Below are positions 58,425 to 64,000 of a DNA stretch of 64,000 nt, in pieces. Under the pieces are notes generated by a model, which was given only the letters and a program-made list of their open reading frames with translations, had not been told where the DNA came from and made no database searches. Source of the DNA: Candidatus Latescibacterota bacterium (GTDB taxonomy: Bacteria > Latescibacterota > UBA2968 > UBA8231); the NCBI GenBank assembly GCA_965221775.1, contig CBDCSU010000006.1:576001-640000 (forward strand). Reading direction: 5' to 3'. A program made the translations under genes and the position numbers. The first letter of the stretch is position 1; each line of letters opens with the position of its first letter.

Positions 58425-59593
58425 TGGGCGCGAACTACCCCGGCCTCAGGATCACCGCCGTGGAGACCTTCCTCGTGGAGGGCAACGGCTGCTTCGTCAA
58501 GATCCACACCAACGAGGGCATCACCGGGCTGGGCGAAGGCTCGATCAGCGACAACAAGGCGGGCACCATCGCCCAGTGCATCAAGGACTTCGAGGGCCAC
58601 CTCATCGGCAAGAACCCCACCGACATCGAGTATCTCTGGCAAGGGCTCTACCGCTGGAACCGCTGGCACGTGGGGGTCCTCTTCAGCACCGCCCTGAGCG
58701 CCATCGACATCGCCCTGTGGGACATCCTCGGGAAGGTGGCGGGCCTGCCGATCTACAAGCTCCTCGGGGGCGCGGCGCGGGAGAAGGTGCGCATCTACGC
58801 CGGCGGCAGCGGCAGCAAGGGGGTGCAGCGCGCCCGCAGCATGGGGTGCAACGCCATCAAGACGGGGCCCCCTGTCACCAAGGTCGGCGACCCCCTCACC
58901 GTGCCCATGCCCTGGGACCTGAAGCGCGCCGTCGCCCTGATGGAGGAGATGCGGGTCGAAGGCGGCGACGACTTCGACATCCTCATCGACGCCCACGGCC
59001 GCCTGACGCCGACGATGGCCCTGGAGTACTGCAAGGCGATCGAGCCGTACCGCCCCTTCTGGGTGGAGGAGCCGATCCAGGTGGAGGGATCGAACGACGC
59101 CCTCCAGTGGCTGAGCGAGCGCACCACCGTGCCCCTGTGCATGGGCGAGCGCAACTTCACCAAGTGGGGCTTCCAGGACATCATCGCCAAACGCCTGGTG
59201 AGCTATCTCAACCCGGACATCGTCCACTGCGGCGGCATCTCGGAGTTCAAGAAGATCGCCGCCATGGCCGAGGCCCAGTACATCCAGGTCTCCCCCCACA
59301 TCACCTACAGCCGCGTCGGAATCGCCGCCGAGATCCACATGGGGCTGAACTGCCCGAACAGCGTGATCCAGGAGATGTCGGGCTACGAGGCCGATGCCGC
59401 CAGGGAGAAGAGCGACTGGAGGGACGACCTGTTCTACGGGCACCGGTTCCAGGTGAAGGACGGTTTCGTGACGCTGCCGGACACCCCCGGCCTCGGGATC
59501 GAGCTGAACGAGGAGGTGGCCCGCGCCCACCCCTACGTGCCGCTGCTGCGCCCGGAGCTGCGCTACGAGGACGGGTCGGTGGAGGACAACTGA
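58421..59593 (+). CDS. Mandelate racemase/galactonate dehydratase-like enolase-superfamily enzyme
   Basis: VKI.T.EGITGLGE, SAIDIALWDI.GK, IDAHGR, WVEEP, GER, PGLGIE. Confidence 0.9.
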   Translation: MMGANYPGLRITAVETFLVEGNGCFVKIHTNEGITGLGEGSISDNKAGTIAQCIKDFEGHLIGKNPTDIEYLWQGLYRWNRWHVGVLFSTALSAIDIALWDILGKVAGLPIYKLLGGAAREKVRIYAGGSGSKGVQRARSMGCNAIKTGPPVTKVGDPLTVPMPWDLKRAVALMEEMRVEGGDDFDILIDAHGRLTPTMALEYCKAIEPYRPFWVEEPIQVEGSNDALQWLSERTTVPLCMGERNFTKWGFQDIIAKRLVSYLNPDIVHCGGISEFKKIAAMAEAQYIQVSPHITYSRVGIAAEIHMGLNCPNSVIQEMSGYEADAAREKSDWRDDLFYGHRFQVKDGFVTLPDTPGLGIELNEEVARAHPYVPLLRPELRYEDGSVEDN

Positions 59594-59606
59594 GCTGCGG
59601 CGGGAT

Positions 59607-59629
59607 CCCGCGGCCCGGGAGGCCGCGGG
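59607..59629. terminator. GC-rich hairpin between convergent genes
   Basis: cccgcggcc-cggga-ggccgcggg; no U-tract. Confidence 0.4.
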
Positions 59630-59634
59630 GAGCG

Positions 59635-62580
59635 TCAACCGGGGATCCTGCTCCGGAGGGCTTCGAGCTTGTCCCCGTCGATCGACTCCCCGGCCCGGCG
59701 CAGCAGCTCCCGCGCCTTTTCGTAGCGCTTCTGGTCGACCAGGTACTCGACGTAGACCCGCCAGGCGGTGAAGTGGTGGGGGTTGGCCTCCAGGGCCCGG
59801 TCGAGCATCTCCGTCCCCTCGGCCACGCCGCTGGAGAGGGCCATGGCCCCCATGTTCGTCAGCGCTTCGAAATCGTCGGGATTGAGCTGCACCGCCCGTA
59901 CGTAGTGCCGCCACGCCCTCTTTTTGTCGCCGCTGTTCGACAGGGCCCAGCCGAGCATGCGGTGGGCGGAGACTCTGTCGGGCTCGACGGCGAGGACCGC
60001 CTCGAAGACGGGAACCGCCTCGGCGAACCGCTTCGCCTTGATCAGGCGCAAGGCCGCTTTCTCCCGCTCCTCGTTGCCGTCGAGGGCGCGCTTCCTCGCA
60101 TCGGCCATGGCCGAGAGTTCGGCAAGCCTCGAGGCCAACGACTCATCCTCCGCGAACATCTCCTGCCAGGCCGGTATGACATACCACAGAACCGGGTGCC
60201 GGGTGGCGATGCTCCGGCCGACGCCGAGGAGGATCTGCCGGAGTTCCATCTCGGGGAACAGGTGTTCGAGCATGAGCAGGTAATCGGTGCCCGTAGTGGA
60301 CACGACGCTCTCCTGCGTCCCCCGGTACATCTCGATGGGCGCCCGGTACTCCAGCCACAGGTTGTCGTCCGTGTTGCGGATGGTCGAGCTGAAGGCGTCC
60401 TCGTTCTGCGGGAACCGCAGGAAGGCGGTGGTGAAGAGGTCGAAGGGCGTCTCGATCCGGATGCGCCGCAGGGAGCCGCGCACCGCCGGCAGGGAGAAGC
60501 GCTCCGCGTAACGCCGCGCCGAGCCCTCGATGGGCGAGTGGGAAGCGACGCAGATGAGGTCGTCGTTGACCTTGAAGACCGCCACGTAGGGGAACTCCGA
60601 GGCCAGGGTGTGGAGCACGACGCCCACCGTCTCGGCGGAGGTCTCGTACGCCTGCATCCACTGACAGAAGAGGCCGCCCGGCTTGAGGCGCGAGGTCGCG
60701 GCCCGGTAGTACTCGGACGTGAAGAGGGAGCTGATGCCCGCGATCCACGGGTTGGAAGGCTGGGAGAGGATGACGTCGTACGTCTTGCGTTGGTGGCGGA
60801 GGAAGTTGCGGCCGTCCTCCGTGTAGAGTCTCACCCGGTCGTCTTCGAAAATGTCGTGGTTGACCGAGTCGAAATACTCGGAAGCGTCGAGGACCGCCTG
60901 CTCGATCTCGACCACGTCGACGGCGGTCACATCCGGGTGGGTCGCCGTGGCGTAGACCGTGGCGCCGCTGCCGTAGCCGATGATGCAGACCTCCTCCGGC
61001 CGCGGATGGAGGAACATGGGCAGGTGCCCTAGCAGGTACTGGGAGTCCATGTCCCCGCCGGTGGAGGCATCCGCCTTGCCGTTGACCTTGAGGACGGTGG
61101 AGTTGGGGGTGCGGAAGACGGTGACCGTGGCGTTGGTCCCCTCCCGCGCGAAGAGCAGGAAGCTCCCCGTCGCCGCGCGCTCCTCGCCGGCCTGGAGCCT
61201 GCGGAAGACGCCCCGCTGAAGGTTCTCGATGTCGGTCCGGGGCAGGGTGAAGGCGAAGGCGGCGACCATGGCGGCGAAGACGCCCGCCCAGGCGAGCCGC
61301 TGCCGTTGCGAGCCGGCGCGGTCGAGCAGGAAGAGGACGACGGTGACCACCATGCCCAGGACCGCCCCGAGGCGGATCACCTCCGTCGCGCCGAGCCACG
61401 GCAGCAGGACGAAGCCCGCGAGCACCGAGCCGGCGATGGCCCCCGTGGTGTTGGCGGCGTACATGCCCCCCACCGCCCAGCCCCTCGATCCCACCTCGTT
61501 CCGCCAGGCGGCGATGCCCAGGGGCAGGGCGGCCCCCATGGCGCAGGCGGGGACGAGGACGATGGAGGCCGCCAGGGCGCCCTGGGAGAGGAAGAGGAGC
61601 CAAGTGCGGTCGCCCGTGCCCTGGGCCATGGCGGTGAACATCGCCGGCAGCTCGTTCACCGCGAAGAGCCCCGCCAGGGCCGAGCACGAGCCGACCCCCA
61701 CGGTGACGGCCACCGCCCGCCAGCAGGAGGACTCCCGGAAGGAGGGGACGGCGGCCAGCAGGGAACCGACGCCGATGCCGAGGAGGACCGTCGTGAGGAT
61801 GATGGTGAAGGCGTAGACCGAGGAGCCCACCACCGGGATGAGCAGGCGCGTCCAGGCGATCTGGTAGAACAGCCCCAGGCATCCGGCCACGGCCACCGCG
61901 CCCAGCAGCAGGCGGGGGGTCCCGGCCGCCCCGGCGACCGGCCCGGGATCCCCCTCGGCGGCCTCCCGGGGGCCCATGCGCAGATCGAGGAGGTAGCCCC
62001 CGGCCGCCACCAGGACGCCTGCGGCCACGGCGACCCACACTGTGTCGGAGATCCCGAGGAGGGGCATCAGGATCATCCCCGCCACGAGGGTGCCCACCGC
62101 CGCTCCGAGGGTGTTGATCCCGTAGAGCAGGGCCACGCTGCGGCGGAAGGCCGCCTCCTCCGTGACCGCCACGATGAGCAGGGGCAGGGAGGCGCCCATG
62201 AGGAAGGTCGGCACCGCCATCATGGCGAAGGAGAGGAGGAACTGCAGCAGCAGGTAGAGGGCGAAGTAGCCGTCGGTGAGGCCGTAGAGCGGATCGAGGA
62301 TGCCCGCCATGTTGCGCATGAGGGGCACCGAGACGACGCCGTAGAGGGCGATGCCCAGCTCCAGGAGGGCGTACGCCCGCAGGGGCCTGCGGATGCGGTC
62401 GGCGCGGCGCCCGGCCCAGGCGCCCCCCGCACCCAGACCCGCCATGAAGCTGGCCACCACCGTCGAGATCGACCACGCGGCGCTGCCGAACTGCAGGGTG
62501 AGGAGCTTCACCCACACCACCTCGTACGCCAGGGCGGCGGCGCCGGAAAGGAAGAACAGGCAGGCAGCGAGAAAGACCAT
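59635..62580 (-). CDS. Fused membrane (MFS-like)/spermidine synthase-like protein with C-terminal TPRs
   Basis: SGAAALAYEVVW, LYGINTLGA, IIGYGSG.T, VEIE, EDGRNFL, PSNPW, TPR-like helices. Confidence 0.88.
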   Translation of the reverse strand: MVFLAACLFFLSGAAALAYEVVWVKLLTLQFGSAAWSISTVVASFMAGLGAGGAWAGRRADRIRRPLRAYALLELGIALYGVVSVPLMRNMAGILDPLYGLTDGYFALYLLLQFLLSFAMMAVPTFLMGASLPLLIVAVTEEAAFRRSVALLYGINTLGAAVGTLVAGMILMPLLGISDTVWVAVAAGVLVAAGGYLLDLRMGPREAAEGDPGPVAGAAGTPRLLLGAVAVAGCLGLFYQIAWTRLLIPVVGSSVYAFTIILTTVLLGIGVGSLLAAVPSFRESSCWRAVAVTVGVGSCSALAGLFAVNELPAMFTAMAQGTGDRTWLLFLSQGALAASIVLVPACAMGAALPLGIAAWRNEVGSRGWAVGGMYAANTTGAIAGSVLAGFVLLPWLGATEVIRLGAVLGMVVTVVLFLLDRAGSQRQRLAWAGVFAAMVAAFAFTLPRTDIENLQRGVFRRLQAGEERAATGSFLLFAREGTNATVTVFRTPNSTVLKVNGKADASTGGDMDSQYLLGHLPMFLHPRPEEVCIIGYGSGATVYATATHPDVTAVDVVEIEQAVLDASEYFDSVNHDIFEDDRVRLYTEDGRNFLRHQRKTYDVILSQPSNPWIAGISSLFTSEYYRAATSRLKPGGLFCQWMQAYETSAETVGVVLHTLASEFPYVAVFKVNDDLICVASHSPIEGSARRYAERFSLPAVRGSLRRIRIETPFDLFTTAFLRFPQNEDAFSSTIRNTDDNLWLEYRAPIEMYRGTQESVVSTTGTDYLLMLEHLFPEMELRQILLGVGRSIATRHPVLWYVIPAWQEMFAEDESLASRLAELSAMADARKRALDGNEEREKAALRLIKAKRFAEAVPVFEAVLAVEPDRVSAHRMLGWALSNSGDKKRAWRHYVRAVQLNPDDFEALTNMGAMALSSGVAEGTEMLDRALEANPHHFTAWRVYVEYLVDQKRYEKARELLRRAGESIDGDKLEALRSRIPG

Positions 62581-62647
62581 TGTATTCAGCGCGTCAGGGG
62601 GCGCAGAACGTCGCCCCGGGGGCCCGGAACCGCAAGAGGAGAGCCAC

Positions 62648-64000
62648 ATGCCCGATCTGAACCTGTACTGGGGAGAGTTGCACAACCACAACGAGCTGGG
62701 CTACGCCCAGGGCACTCTCGAACGCAGCTACGAGATCGCCCGTTCCCACCTCGACTTCTACGCCTTCACGCCCCACGGGCTGCACGCCGACGGCGGCGTG
62801 CCCGACGGCTACCCGGTGGTCGTCGCCAACTGGGAGCGGATCCGCCGCGCCTCCCGCGACAACGACCGCCCGGGCGAGTTCACCTGCTTCCCCGCCTACG
62901 AGTGGCACTCCTCGGCCTGGGGCCACCTGCACGTGATCAGCGCCGGCGACATGGAGTCCATGTACTGCGCGCGCAGTCTCGCCGACCTGCAGGACCACTT
63001 CCGCGGCGGCCAGGCCATCCTCGTCCCCCATCACACGGCGTACGCGCGCGGCGTCGACTGGGACGGCTTCGACGAGGACCTGTCGCCGCTGGTGGAGATC
63101 TTCTCCGAGCACGGATCGTCGGAGCGCGACGGCGGCCTCCACCCCATGCTGGGGCACAGCGGCGGCCCCGCCGGGTACGAGTTCACCGTGCAGCACGGGC
63201 TGGCCCTCGGCAAGCGCTTCGGCTTCACCGCCGGCACCGACAACCACGACGGCCATCCCGGGGGCTACGGCCTGGGGCTGACCGGGATCTGGGCCCGTGA
63301 GAACAGCCGCGCCGCCCTCTTCGACGCCTTGCGGAAACGGCGGACCACGGCCGTCACCGGCGACCGCATCGAGGTGAGCCTCCGCGCCGGCGACGCCTGG
63401 ATGGGCGAGGTCGTGAGCGGTTCCGCCGAGCGCCGGCTCGACTACCGAGTCGAGGGCTGGGACACGCTCCGTAGCGTGGAAGTAGTGCGCGACAACATGC
63501 CGGCGCACTTGCAGACGGCCGACCACGGAGCGCCGCGGACCACCGGACCGCAGCCGTACCGCCTGCGCTTCGAGTGGGGCTGGGGGCCGATGAAGGGATA
63601 CCAGGTCTACGACTGGCAGGGCCGGCTGCGGGTCGAGGGAGGACGGCTGTCGCAGGTCGTGCCCTGCTTCAGCTCCGACCCCTTCGACGAGGTCCGCCGC
63701 AAGCGCGTCCTCGAGCGCGACCAGGCGGGCTGCGCCTGGCGGTCCCACACCTCCCGGGGAGCCGTCTTCACCACCCGCAACGGCTCCACCGCGCAGAGCG
63801 CCAACGACGCCCTCTGCGTGGAGGTGCAGGGAACGGAAGAGACGCGGGTCCACCTCGACTTCGACTGCCGCACCGGCAAGAGCCTGCTGGCCACGGCCAC
63901 CGACTTCACCCTCACCGGCAAGCTCGGCGGGTCCAGGGCCAGCTTCACCATCGGCGAGCTGCTGCAGGGGCGCCGGGGCTGGCGCGTCGACGGGCTGCCC
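62648..64000 (+). CDS. DUF3604-like (PHP-fold) protein, runs off the window end
   Basis: Absent from the ORF track because it has no stop in the window; gaggag RBS, MPDLNLYWGELHNH, LDFYAFTPH, YEWHS..WGH, VEIFSEHG, GTDNH.GHPG. Confidence 0.8.
   Translation, partial: MPDLNLYWGELHNHNELGYAQGTLERSYEIARSHLDFYAFTPHGLHADGGVPDGYPVVVANWERIRRASRDNDRPGEFTCFPAYEWHSSAWGHLHVISAGDMESMYCARSLADLQDHFRGGQAILVPHHTAYARGVDWDGFDEDLSPLVEIFSEHGSSERDGGLHPMLGHSGGPAGYEFTVQHGLALGKRFGFTAGTDNHDGHPGGYGLGLTGIWARENSRAALFDALRKRRTTAVTGDRIEVSLRAGDAWMGEVVSGSAERRLDYRVEGWDTLRSVEVVRDNMPAHLQTADHGAPRTTGPQPYRLRFEWGWGPMKGYQVYDWQGRLRVEGGRLSQVVPCFSSDPFDEVRRKRVLERDQAGCAWRSHTSRGAVFTTRNGSTAQSANDALCVEVQGTEETRVHLDFDCRTGKSLLATATDFTLTGKLGGSRASFTIGELLQGRRGWRVDGLP

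Overview
High-GC bacterial window with no rRNA, tRNA or CRISPR array seen. The gene content (FlgD-Ig 'NYPNPFNP' sorting-type domains, WD40/YWTD repeat proteins, three PhyH dioxygenases) resembles Latescibacterota/Poribacteria-type sponge symbionts; this is inference. 1-11.4 kb: three large modular secreted proteins, two of them frameshifted. 11.5-14.5 kb: a frameshifted PD-(D/E)xK nuclease, an IS256 remnant and an alpha/beta hydrolase bracketed by a duplicated gene end. 14.5-27.4 kb: housekeeping genes (lpoB cluster, pdxST, flippase, amidohydrolase, tandem CNNM genes, Hsp20 with a sigma54-type promoter). 27.8-36.1 kb: a coupled PhyH-nurA-herA-sbcD-sbcC operon. About 37.6-43.5 kb: a lower-GC defence island holding the top candidate, a divergent [RHH/Zn-finger]-Ubl-(E2-like/E1)-DUF6527 ubiquitin-like operon, followed by a type II Thoeris pair and a complete PvuII-like C-R-M system with C-boxes. 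43.8-64 kb: DMFase-like and PhyH genes (one with HxG in place of HxD), a RAPP-motif leader ahead of two TonB-dependent receptors, a prolyl oligopeptidase, sugar catabolism genes, a spermidine-synthase fusion and a DUF3604-like gene cut by the window end. Two toxin-antitoxin loci keep the antitoxin but have lost most of the toxin. All family names come from motif recognition, not database searches.
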